From positions 1 to 61,837 of the forward strand of contig JAMQPH010000315.1 of assembly GCA_023717605.1 (NCBI GenBank): 61,837 nucleotides of DNA. The letters are read 5' to 3'. The notes below the pieces were generated by a model, which saw nothing but the letters and a program-made list of their open reading frames with translations, was not told the origin of the DNA and did not search any database. Shown here one piece after another: positions 54,160 to 61,837 of the stretch. Each line of letters opens with the position of its first letter. The first letter of the stretch is position 1. The translations under genes were made by a program, and so were the position numbers. The DNA is from Pyrinomonadaceae bacterium. GTDB taxonomy: Bacteria > Acidobacteriota > Blastocatellia > Pyrinomonadales > Pyrinomonadaceae.

Positions 54160-55067
54160 GGTTTTTCCCTTTTCATTGTCTGTAAACGAATGAAGCGCAC
54201 CCCTGCTAGTTGGCTTATTTCACGTTTTCCGCTTGTATCTTTGGGAAAAAGTCCCGCAAACGAAAACTGCAGTGAATGCTTCCTGCTTGATCAAACAGAA
54301 CCTGCGGGATTAATTGCGCCTACCTGGGAAGAACTCTTCGTGGGAATTCCTGGATTTGTGAAAAAAGCCGGAATCTAAATAGGATCTACTGATCAGTCGC
54401 AGCTGTTAAGCTTTCGGCAGCCTACGAATCAGCACACATTATCTCTACAGTAGTTCCGGTTAGCTATTCTAGCAAGTATGCTGCTAGAGACGAAGCAATT
54501 CGGCCTCAGCGTCCGGCCCCCTTGCGGACCCCGGTTGAGTTGATAACCGCACTGGAACAACTGGCCTGGATGGAAGTTATCGAGAGCGTCGGATTGCTGT
54601 GGTCGGTGACTAGTGGGTACAACCGTGATTGCGCTTTTCCCGCTCGCGGCGCATGGTGGCCCACTTTGCAGCCAATGTGTTACGCCCAGATCGGCGGTTT
54701 GAGTGTTTCAACCTTCTTGGATCTCAATTGCTGATCTCGGAAATGGTCTGGGACGCCGTCCACCGCGATGACGCTCTCACCGAAGCAATCCCAATGGGCC
54801 AGGTTCAAGTCCGGGTGCGAGACGTCGATTCAGGTTTATCAGGTAGTTTGAAGAGGTTTGCCTTCAAAGTCCCCTCGGCAGCGACCATCCCGGTGACTAA
54901 ACAACGGGCAACCTAAAACAAAATTGACCCATCTGCTTAACTACTGCGTCTAACAGAAAATCGGCGGCGTTTCCAGGCCCGTTCCCCCCGCGCAGCCTGG
55001 ACCAATATCGAGCCACGGGCAATTGCGGGATTAACACAATTCCGCAACATCCAGAACGGGGGGGAAG

Positions 55068-55274
55068 ATGTTCCTTAGCGGAAGTGATCCAGCTACCTCA
55101 ACAACCTTACTCACACAGTTCTTAGTTTTCTACAACTTCATTTACACCGATCCCGGGTATGGGACGCTGATCTGGCAACTCTTGCTCGCTGGGATCTTCG
55201 GCGGAATGTTTTACTTCCGTCGTTTCAAGGGTTTTCTGTCGCGGCGGAAGCGGCCTGACAATGGCGAGCAGTAA
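55068..55274 (+). CDS. Small membrane protein (hypothetical)
   Basis: 68 aa with one clear TM helix (LIWQLLLAGIFGGMFYF) followed by a basic tail. A G-rich SD-like GGGGGGAAG lies before the ATG. It overlaps the next gene start by 14 nt. Confidence 0.5.
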   Translation: MFLSGSDPATSTTLLTQFLVFYNFIYTDPGYGTLIWQLLLAGIFGGMFYFRRFKGFLSRRKRPDNGEQ

Positions 55275-56754
55275 GGCGGCGGAGACAATTAGTCGAAACC
55301 GAGCGCAGGCGAGTGCCTCTTTTCGCGACCCTTCAGGTCGTCTCTTGCTACTCGAAGACCGCGTGCTCCGCCTGGTCAACAGCGATAGGGCAACGGAGCT
55401 TCAGACTTTTCTGGCAACGCGCGTCGCCAGGGACTTCACCTCCGCCGGCCGGTTAGTAAAGACCAAAGTGCTGGACAGGGCGACAGACGCGGCTCTGTTC
55501 CAACGGCCAGAGATAGTAGACCTACCAAACTCCCACGAAGAACAGGTATTGGTCGAGCACGAGCGCATCGCCGTGCGGAGCTTTCCTTACGAGTGGCCGC
55601 CTGAAATGCTTTACGCAGCGGGTGTACTGACACTCGATCTGGCTGAAGCGACCCTCTCCGAGAGCTATCTGATTAAGGATGCAACGCCCTACAACATACT
55701 ATTCTCCGGCTGGCGTCCAGTCTTTGTAGATCTCCTTTCCTTCGAACGGCGCGACCCAAACGATCCAACCTGGTTACCCTTCAATCAGTTTGTGCAGACG
55801 ATCCTTCTTCCTCTCCTGGTGAACAAGTATTACGGGCTGCGCTTGGATCAGCTTCTTACTGTCAACCGCGACGGCCTTGAGCCTTCACAGGTCGCCCGGT
55901 TGGCCGGGCCACTACGGAAACTATCGCCGCTCTTTTTGTCCATGGTTTCTATTCCCACCTGGCTGAATAAGAAACAACCGCTGGATGACGAATCAATCTA
56001 TCAGCCTAAAAGACTGAGCGATCCTCAGCGGGCGCGGTTCATCCTGGAGCAGCAGCTGAAGAGACTTCGTCGCCAGTTGGCGAAGGTTGAACCAGTCGCT
56101 GGAGGCACTTCTGACTGGTCGGATTACATGACTCCGAACAAGTTTTTCTCAGCGGAGTATCTGCAGACGAAAGAGAGATGCGTCGCAGGGATGTTGGCTG
56201 AGACTAGACCGCAACGCCTCTTAGACGTAGGTTGCAACACAGGATATTTCAGCGCGCTGGCCGCCCGGAATGGAGCGAGCGTTGTCGCGATTGATCAGGA
56301 CCCGGGAGTGGTCGGCACTGTCTGGAAACGCGCAGCGGCTGACGACTTGGACATTCTGCCTTTGGTCGTCAATCTGGCGCGGCCCACACCGGCCTTTGGT
56401 TGGCGAAACGAGGAGTGTCCTTCTTTTCTCGATCGATCCCGCGGCAGATTCGACGCGGTCCTGATGCTGGCAGTCTTGCATCACATGCTGGTGATGGAGC
56501 AGATACCACTCTCCGCGATCTTAGAACTAGCCGCCGAACTCACGTCGAAGAATCTGATCATTGAATTCGTGGCGCCCGAGGATCCCATGTTTCGCCACCT
56601 GGTACGAGGTCGGGCCGACCTATTCACAGGGTTGACCAGAGAAACCTTTGAGTTGGCCGCCGCGCGTTGGTTTGAACCGGTCCGAGTAGAGCACCTCAAT
56701 CAGACCCGTTCGCTTTATCTCCTCAACAAACGGAGCGGGCACGCAGATGCCTAG
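55261..56754 (+). CDS. Class I SAM-dependent methyltransferase with N-terminal uncharacterised domain
   Basis: Motif I LLDVGCNTGYF..VVAIDQD in the C-terminal half. The N-terminal half (FRDPSG.., YEWPPEML, IKDATPYNILF) recalls a conserved domain often fused to such methyltransferases. Confidence 0.8.
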   Translation: MASSKAAETISRNRAQASASFRDPSGRLLLLEDRVLRLVNSDRATELQTFLATRVARDFTSAGRLVKTKVLDRATDAALFQRPEIVDLPNSHEEQVLVEHERIAVRSFPYEWPPEMLYAAGVLTLDLAEATLSESYLIKDATPYNILFSGWRPVFVDLLSFERRDPNDPTWLPFNQFVQTILLPLLVNKYYGLRLDQLLTVNRDGLEPSQVARLAGPLRKLSPLFLSMVSIPTWLNKKQPLDDESIYQPKRLSDPQRARFILEQQLKRLRRQLAKVEPVAGGTSDWSDYMTPNKFFSAEYLQTKERCVAGMLAETRPQRLLDVGCNTGYFSALAARNGASVVAIDQDPGVVGTVWKRAAADDLDILPLVVNLARPTPAFGWRNEECPSFLDRSRGRFDAVLMLAVLHHMLVMEQIPLSAILELAAELTSKNLIIEFVAPEDPMFRHLVRGRADLFTGLTRETFELAAARWFEPVRVEHLNQTRSLYLLNKRSGHADA

Positions 56755-58372
56755 ACACTGGATCCTCGCCTTCTCCCTCTCGAATCTCTGCTTTTTCAAC
56801 GCCTGGAGGGAGGTGCTCAGCCCACAGGGTTTATCTTATCTGTATTACTGGAAACAGTATCCCGGCTACGTTGCCCTCGCTGCGTTAGTCATTAACGTCT
56901 TGCTACTCGCGTTGATCTTTCTTACTGGGTTTTATCTGCTAAGACGGTTGGGCGGCTCGAACTGGGTGAAATTCGGGCAGGCCTTATTCTTGTTGGTTTT
57001 TCTGCGTGCCCTTAACAATATTCAGGCCCAATTCGATAGCCTCAGCACATCTCACTTGCGTCTCTTACTAGGCCGGGCAGGCTACATTGTCGCGGTTTTC
57101 CTGGTGCTCTCCTTGATCGCGTTCGCCATCAAGCGCTACGGCCTGGACAGGGTTGCACGGGCTGCGGCTATGATTGTGTTGATCTTGTCCCCTTTCGGAG
57201 TGCTGGGATTGACGCAGGCAAGCTGGCTCGCAGTGAAGTATGGACGATCGGTTTCCCGCGAACGAACTGCAACGACGGCCTTCAACCCCAGCACGAGCCC
57301 GCGACCGCGCGTTCTTTGGTTGGTCTTTGACGAGATGGATGAACACCTGGCCTTCTCAGGACGACCTGCAGGTCTGAGTTTGCCCGAGTTCGACCGAGTG
57401 CGTGCGGAGGCGCTAGTTGCGACAAATGCTTTTCCGCCGGCAGGACATACGTCACAGTCGATTCCGGCGTTACTGACCGGACAATTGATCTCGGCCGTCA
57501 AACCGATCGACCCTGGCGAACTATTGGTCACGATCGCCGCGCGTAACGAAACTGTCAACTGGAGTACTGAGCCTGACACTTTCTCCGACGCACGCGCGGC
57601 CGGACTCAACACAGCCTTAGTGGGTTGGTATAACCCTTACTGCCGTGTCATCGGAGATCATTTGACAAGCTGTCGTTGGGAAGCGGCGACTCAAAGAATT
57701 GATCCGACAAAACTGAGCCTGAAGAAGAATCTTATTCGGCAAAACAGCGACTTACTAAGGTTGCTACCGTTCACGGCGAGGATCAGGGCCAGGTTGTTAC
57801 CGGCAGAAACGAGGGATTACCGGTCGGAGTTTCTCGCCGACTACCTTACGCTGATGCGGCAAGCTGAGGATGCAGTCGCAAATCAGGAGTTTGGGTTGCT
57901 CTTTATTCACTTGCCGGTGCCGCACCCTCCTTACATCTACGATCGTGCCAAAGGGGATCTTACCGTGACACAAGAGGGAAGTTATCTCGACAGTCTGGCA
58001 CTTGCGGATCGTGCGCTCGGTGATTTGCGTCAAAAAATGGAGCAGGCAGGCACCTGGGACAGCACGAGTGTCGTGATCTCATCCGATCACTGGTGGCGAT
58101 CCGACTACTGGCGTAAGCACTTTTTCTGGACGGCTTCAGATCAGATGGTTCAAGGAGAGCGAGTGGAACACCGGGTACCCTTTATGATCAAGCTCGCGGG
58201 TCAGAAAACTACGTTGCCCTACAACCCTCCATTTAACACTGTGTTGACACGCAGCTTGATTCGAGAAGTGCTGAACGGGAATATTTCCGAACCGGGTCAG
58301 GTGGCGGCGTGGCTAGACACTCATCGAACGATTGGCGAGAGTCCGTACCAGGATTATGAGGATGCTGAGTGA
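56747..58372 (+). CDS. Membrane-anchored alkaline-phosphatase-superfamily (sulfatase/LtaS/EptA-like) protein
   Basis: About 5 N-terminal TM helices, then VLWLVFDEMD, GHTSQSIPALLTG (nucleophile-region-like) and VVISSDHWW (SDH metal motif). The ATG overlaps the upstream stop by 8 nt. Confidence 0.72.
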   Translation: MPRHWILAFSLSNLCFFNAWREVLSPQGLSYLYYWKQYPGYVALAALVINVLLLALIFLTGFYLLRRLGGSNWVKFGQALFLLVFLRALNNIQAQFDSLSTSHLRLLLGRAGYIVAVFLVLSLIAFAIKRYGLDRVARAAAMIVLILSPFGVLGLTQASWLAVKYGRSVSRERTATTAFNPSTSPRPRVLWLVFDEMDEHLAFSGRPAGLSLPEFDRVRAEALVATNAFPPAGHTSQSIPALLTGQLISAVKPIDPGELLVTIAARNETVNWSTEPDTFSDARAAGLNTALVGWYNPYCRVIGDHLTSCRWEAATQRIDPTKLSLKKNLIRQNSDLLRLLPFTARIRARLLPAETRDYRSEFLADYLTLMRQAEDAVANQEFGLLFIHLPVPHPPYIYDRAKGDLTVTQEGSYLDSLALADRALGDLRQKMEQAGTWDSTSVVISSDHWWRSDYWRKHFFWTASDQMVQGERVEHRVPFMIKLAGQKTTLPYNPPFNTVLTRSLIREVLNGNISEPGQVAAWLDTHRTIGESPYQDYEDAE

Positions 58373-58386
58373 TGTCCGTCGGGGGG

Positions 58387-58532
58387 TCACGCAAAGACGC
58401 AAAGGGGGCAAAGACGCAAAGAAGAAGGGATGTGATAGCAGAGTTGAGTTGTGAAAGGAATGTCTCTCCGGATTATTGATTTCGCCCCTACTCTTCTTTG
58501 CGTCTTTGCCACCTTTGATGCGTCTTTGCGTG
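58387..58532. repeat. ACGCAAAGACGCAAAG palindromic element (family b, copy 2)
   Basis: TCACGCAAAGACGCAAAGGGGGCAAAGACGCAAAGAAGAAG (58387-58427) is roughly the reverse complement of CTCTTCTTTGCGTCTTTGCCACCTTTGATGCGTCTTTGCGTG (58491-58532). It lies between convergent genes. Confidence 0.88.
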
Positions 58533-58533
58533 T

Positions 58534-60240
58534 TCAGAACTGCAGAACAGTCGCATTACTATCCTTGCCATCCGCTTTCAGGACCAGCGTCATACCGCTT
58601 GTGACTATTACGTGAGCCGGAAGCGCAAGGTTGATCTGGTAAAGACCCGGTAGGCGGTAACATCCTCTTACTGCTTCGATCGTTGCCGGCTGGCCATTAA
58701 CCAGGACGGTGACTTGCGCCGCAGCACGCACGCCCGTTGCGTAGATGAAGAAGCGGCGCAAACCGTCATTTGGGAAGAACAATTGAGGCAGCAATCTCGT
58801 CGTCTCAAACTTAACAGCGGCCCCGCGTCCGCTCCCGTCTTCAGTAAAGATGCCGGGCGCAACGTTCTCTACAATGATCTGGCTCCGCATCTGAACGCCG
58901 TCGGCATTGGTAATCACAACCTCGGCCGGGCCAGGTTCCGTTTCATCAGGTACGTGGAAATTCACTCGCGTCGTAGAGACGTAGTAGATCGCGGCCGCTC
59001 GTCCACTGACTGTTACCGTGGTGCCTCCCAGCGTCGTCGGAAAGGAACCGTCAGAATTACGTTCGGCTTGCAAGGTGGCGCGTGCAAGACCAAGACCAGA
59101 CGCGACGGCGATACTGTGGGGAGCCACTGTTTTATTAATCTGCGGCTCATTACCGAACGACGCCGCATTCAAGATCGCATTGCTGGCATTCAGTCTGGCA
59201 GTGAAGACCGGCTGGGTCCAAACCGCCTGTCCGGAGGTGTTGACAACCTTCGCGCGTACATACATCTCGTCGCCGGTGAATGTGTAGGCAGCCGTGCTGG
59301 TCGAGTTCCGTTGAAGTAAGCGACCATTCTTGCCGATAAAATCAATCGTGGTTGGTCCACTCAAGTTATTATCTACGGTGATACTGATACCGCTAGCGCC
59401 TACTTGATAATCCTGCAGCATAACTCCCGTGCTCGCATAAAAATCTCCGCGCTGCATTGCGTCTGTAATCGAGTCAGGATCCAGACTGCTCGCCCTGACC
59501 ATAACCCAGGCGCGGCCCGGCAATGCGCCCGACACGTTAGTTAGAGTGTGTTCATCGTCGGCGGCAATACCGTAACGCAACTTTCCGCTCGACAACGCAG
59601 CGTCCCACGTAGCTTCGACTGAAAGATGGGTTGCGTCACCGTCGTTGTTAACCACGGGATGAGCGTTGTAGATCTCGAATAGCGCGGTGCCGGCAACGTT
59701 CCTGAAGTCGTCGGCGCTGACGGCAAAACGGAAGTTAGGATGAGCGATGTAAGGCAGGCCTCCCGCTTGCCGGATCGCGGCAGAGTTATTCTCAATCGTA
59801 CTAACCACGTCGCTGCCATGTTGGGGTAAAACAACGGTTTGATTGTTAAGGCTGTTTATGTGCACCGGACTTCCGTTGTAGTAGTCCGTGACTTCTTCGC
59901 CCTTCATAACCAGAAACTGACCAGGGACACCGAGTGCAGCATTCAGGTCGTCAACTTCCGTCAAGCGATTGTGGTCGCTGATTACTAAAAAGTTATAACC
60001 CAGATTCTTGTAATGACTAGCTACGTCTAAGGGTGAGCTATCGCCATCGCTGTTGGTTGTGTGGGTGTGGGTGTTGCCTCTATACCACTGGAATGTTGGA
60101 GGAGTCGTCGCCGCCACCTCGATCGACGTGAGTACAGGTGCACCGGCGAAAGCTGAAATACAGCTTAGCAGTCCGCAGATAAGAAGGATGTGAACAAACT
60201 GCCGCGCGAGTCGCGCAGACGCACGGGGGACAAGAGCCAA
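58534..60240 (-). CDS. Exported PHP-domain (CehA/McbA-like) metallohydrolase fused to Ig-like C-terminal modules
   Basis: WYRGNTHTHTTNSDGDSSP and ISDHN histidine motifs. The C-terminal about 200 aa (VAPHSIAVASG.., LGGTTVTVSGRAAAIYYVSTTRVNFHVP, VAPGIFT) resemble the Solibacter-type C-terminal domain as I recall it. TTG start is uncertain. Confidence 0.75.
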   Translation of the reverse strand: MALVPRASARLARQFVHILLICGLLSCISAFAGAPVLTSIEVAATTPPTFQWYRGNTHTHTTNSDGDSSPLDVASHYKNLGYNFLVISDHNRLTEVDDLNAALGVPGQFLVMKGEEVTDYYNGSPVHINSLNNQTVVLPQHGSDVVSTIENNSAAIRQAGGLPYIAHPNFRFAVSADDFRNVAGTALFEIYNAHPVVNNDGDATHLSVEATWDAALSSGKLRYGIAADDEHTLTNVSGALPGRAWVMVRASSLDPDSITDAMQRGDFYASTGVMLQDYQVGASGISITVDNNLSGPTTIDFIGKNGRLLQRNSTSTAAYTFTGDEMYVRAKVVNTSGQAVWTQPVFTARLNASNAILNAASFGNEPQINKTVAPHSIAVASGLGLARATLQAERNSDGSFPTTLGGTTVTVSGRAAAIYYVSTTRVNFHVPDETEPGPAEVVITNADGVQMRSQIIVENVAPGIFTEDGSGRGAAVKFETTRLLPQLFFPNDGLRRFFIYATGVRAAAQVTVLVNGQPATIEAVRGCYRLPGLYQINLALPAHVIVTSGMTLVLKADGKDSNATVLQF

Positions 60241-60495
60241 AGCGGGGCAACTCCTAACTCTTAAGATCTACAATCTATGCGAAAATCTTTGTGAAATGAC
60301 TAAGCGTCAGACCGCAGCTGCTTAGGCAAGCCTCTAACGACGACTCTGGGAATCGACTTTGCGGGTAAAACGATCCTATGAACAAGAACCGCGTGGCCAA
60401 TTCTATAGCACTAGTCCATCTTGCTGGTCAAACTACCTTGGTGCTCGACGAGATAGTTATAGGTTTTATATACGCCTATATTCCTTCTGTTCCCA

Positions 60496-61830
60496 TTATT
60501 CCGTTTGTTGCGGCTCGGTTTGCAACGTGGTGCGGGCAAGGCTGAAGAGAATGAGTGCCAGTGCGACACTCGAAGCCGTGAGTACGAGGTAAATCAACCA
60601 GGGAACGCGTTCCGTGAGTGGCAGCGGCTCGGGCTCGAATTCAGGATTCGTGATCACACTGCCAACCGTGCTGTGGATCGGTCCAACACCCCGACCGGGC
60701 TGTTGGCTTTGGGAGCTCGGTTCGGTTGATAACCTGGATGGCAGCTCTTTTTCGAAGTCGTAGTGTGGTGCAGTGACTTTGGGATTGCCGAAATACAGCC
60801 GTAGCGGTGGGGCGGGCGCTTCCTTCAACTCAAAAACAAGCTGGCGCGCGGGAGCACTGGCTTGAATCGAAGTTATCGAGAGTGTGGGGTTACTGTAATC
60901 GGTGATCTGCAGACGCAGCTTTCGTGCATGCTCCTCACGGTCGAACGTGATCACCAGCGGTTTTGCCTCCTCGCCAACGTGTCGCGCTAGTTCACCTGTC
61001 GCAATCAACCGTACGTTCTGGGAGTCGTCAACGGCCTCAATTTGAAACGGGCGTGAGAAGGAGGGATCCTCAATCTCGAGTGTGAGACGGTCGCAAGGTA
61101 CTCGAGCGCCGAGGTCAATTGTCCAAACCGAAGCATGTGCTCCCTGGTTACGGAGTAGTTGATATGGAGGAACATACACGCCCCAAGTGGTTAGCTCGCC
61201 CATCGCGCGCACCGCCATCAGCACTTTCACTCCACTAATCTCCGGCGCTTTGTCGTCAGTCACCTCATCGCGAAGAACTCTCACACGCAAGTATCTGTAT
61301 CTGCTGGTCGGGTAGGTGACGCGGCTCGACTCGACCGCCCTATTCTGCGCCTCAAAATTAAGAAGCACGCCGCGGGTCTCCAGCATCCGCCACTCCCTGC
61401 CCGAGTCGCTGCCCTCGACTTCGACCCGTCGCCGAAAGTTCTTTCCGATAGTTTGAATCTCAACTTCGTTGTGTTCACCTGGATTCTCGCCCAGATCAAC
61501 GGACACTTCGCTTGATGAGCCGACGATTGCGCGGTTAAAAACCTGCGCACCAATTTCTCGTTTGTCGTCAAACTCTCTTCGAATGCGAAGTGCGTACGGT
61601 ATTTCACGGCTGTTGGCATCGTAGATTCGCAGATCGGCCAGATCTTCACGCGCCTTGTCCATCACTTCCAAAGGCAGGACGACGTCGTATGTTCCGGGCG
61701 CGTTGATGTTAGCAGTCACTTCAACAAAGAAAGGCCACGACGACAACGATGCTTGCGCGTAAACTGAGATGACAGCAAACGACACCGTTGCCGCAAGTAT
61801 CACGAGTACGACTAAGCCGAGCTTCTTCAT
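60496..61830 (-). CDS. Hypothetical exported protein with C-terminal TM anchor (DUF3999-like)
   Basis: Signal peptide, then WPFFVEV..GTYDVVLPLEVMD..LADLRIYD..EIPYAL, which recalls DUF3999. The C-terminal hydrophobic helix is VPWLIYLVLTASSVALALILF. Confidence 0.6.
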   Translation of the reverse strand: MKKLGLVVLVILAATVSFAVISVYAQASLSSWPFFVEVTANINAPGTYDVVLPLEVMDKAREDLADLRIYDANSREIPYALRIRREFDDKREIGAQVFNRAIVGSSSEVSVDLGENPGEHNEVEIQTIGKNFRRRVEVEGSDSGREWRMLETRGVLLNFEAQNRAVESSRVTYPTSRYRYLRVRVLRDEVTDDKAPEISGVKVLMAVRAMGELTTWGVYVPPYQLLRNQGAHASVWTIDLGARVPCDRLTLEIEDPSFSRPFQIEAVDDSQNVRLIATGELARHVGEEAKPLVITFDREEHARKLRLQITDYSNPTLSITSIQASAPARQLVFELKEAPAPPLRLYFGNPKVTAPHYDFEKELPSRLSTEPSSQSQQPGRGVGPIHSTVGSVITNPEFEPEPLPLTERVPWLIYLVLTASSVALALILFSLARTTLQTEPQQTE

Positions 61831-61837
61831 TTTGACG

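Noticed and set aside
54795-54885. A possible att-site or tRNA fragment. CCAGGTTCAAGTCCGGG resembles a T-arm, and GTCCCCTCGGCA resembles the tRNA-Ser 3' end (GTCCCCTCCGCCA).
   Set aside because: The two pieces are 56 nt apart rather than contiguous. The T-stem has a mismatch, neither piece is an exact repeat of the tRNA end, and no integrase is present.
52186-55067. An impression of lower GC content suggesting horizontal transfer.
   Set aside because: Hand counts of a few 60-nt lines gave values similar to other regions (about 47-48 percent in both). No compositional claim is justified without computation.

Overview
This is a gene-dense 61.8-kb bacterial chromosomal segment with about 51 protein genes and one tRNA-Ser. 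I found no rRNA, CRISPR array, integrase, transposase or phage genes. The domain repertoire suggests an Acidobacteriota-like soil bacterium, by inference only. That repertoire includes a VWFA protein with a proline-rich linker, a Ser/Thr kinase with TolB-N-like and TPR regions, a PHP hydrolase with a Solibacter-type C-terminal module, and many secreted TPR/HEAT proteins. Housekeeping content includes fumC, a small ferredoxin, a GAF-PAS hybrid histidine kinase and a rhodanese. It also includes an lpdA-E1alpha-E1beta-DUF4242-E2 2-oxoacid dehydrogenase operon, lipB, a serine/threonine dehydratase-family enzyme, lipA and an MDR oxidoreductase. Further along are a 5'-nucleotidase, a PerR-like/2-Cys peroxiredoxin/thioredoxin-fold cluster, two tandem bactofilins, ttcA and nadE. 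The parts that look least ordinary are listed here. (1) A block next to tRNA-Ser (45-55 kb) encodes an exported TPR-CHAT caspase-like protease, apparently co-transcribed with a TPR Ser/Thr kinase. It is flanked by two secreted proteins of unknown function, one built of recently duplicated modules, and by a 0.9-kb ORF-poor stretch with broken reading frames. (2) Intergenic palindromes are pervasive, and their arms are tandem 7-8-nt oligomers. At least three dispersed sequence families occur, including a perfect 32-bp inverted repeat and a 175-nt four-way-junction-like element. One pair of arms exactly brackets the ferredoxin gene. (3) An M1-family peptidase homologue has its catalytic Glu replaced (HLVAH) and sits downstream of an exported HEAT-repeat/cyclophilin fusion. 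(4) Two sets of uncharacterised genes appear translationally coupled: a three-gene membrane operon, and a small membrane protein/SAM methyltransferase/alkaline-phosphatase-superfamily trio. All functional calls rest on motifs read directly from the translations. No database search was possible.
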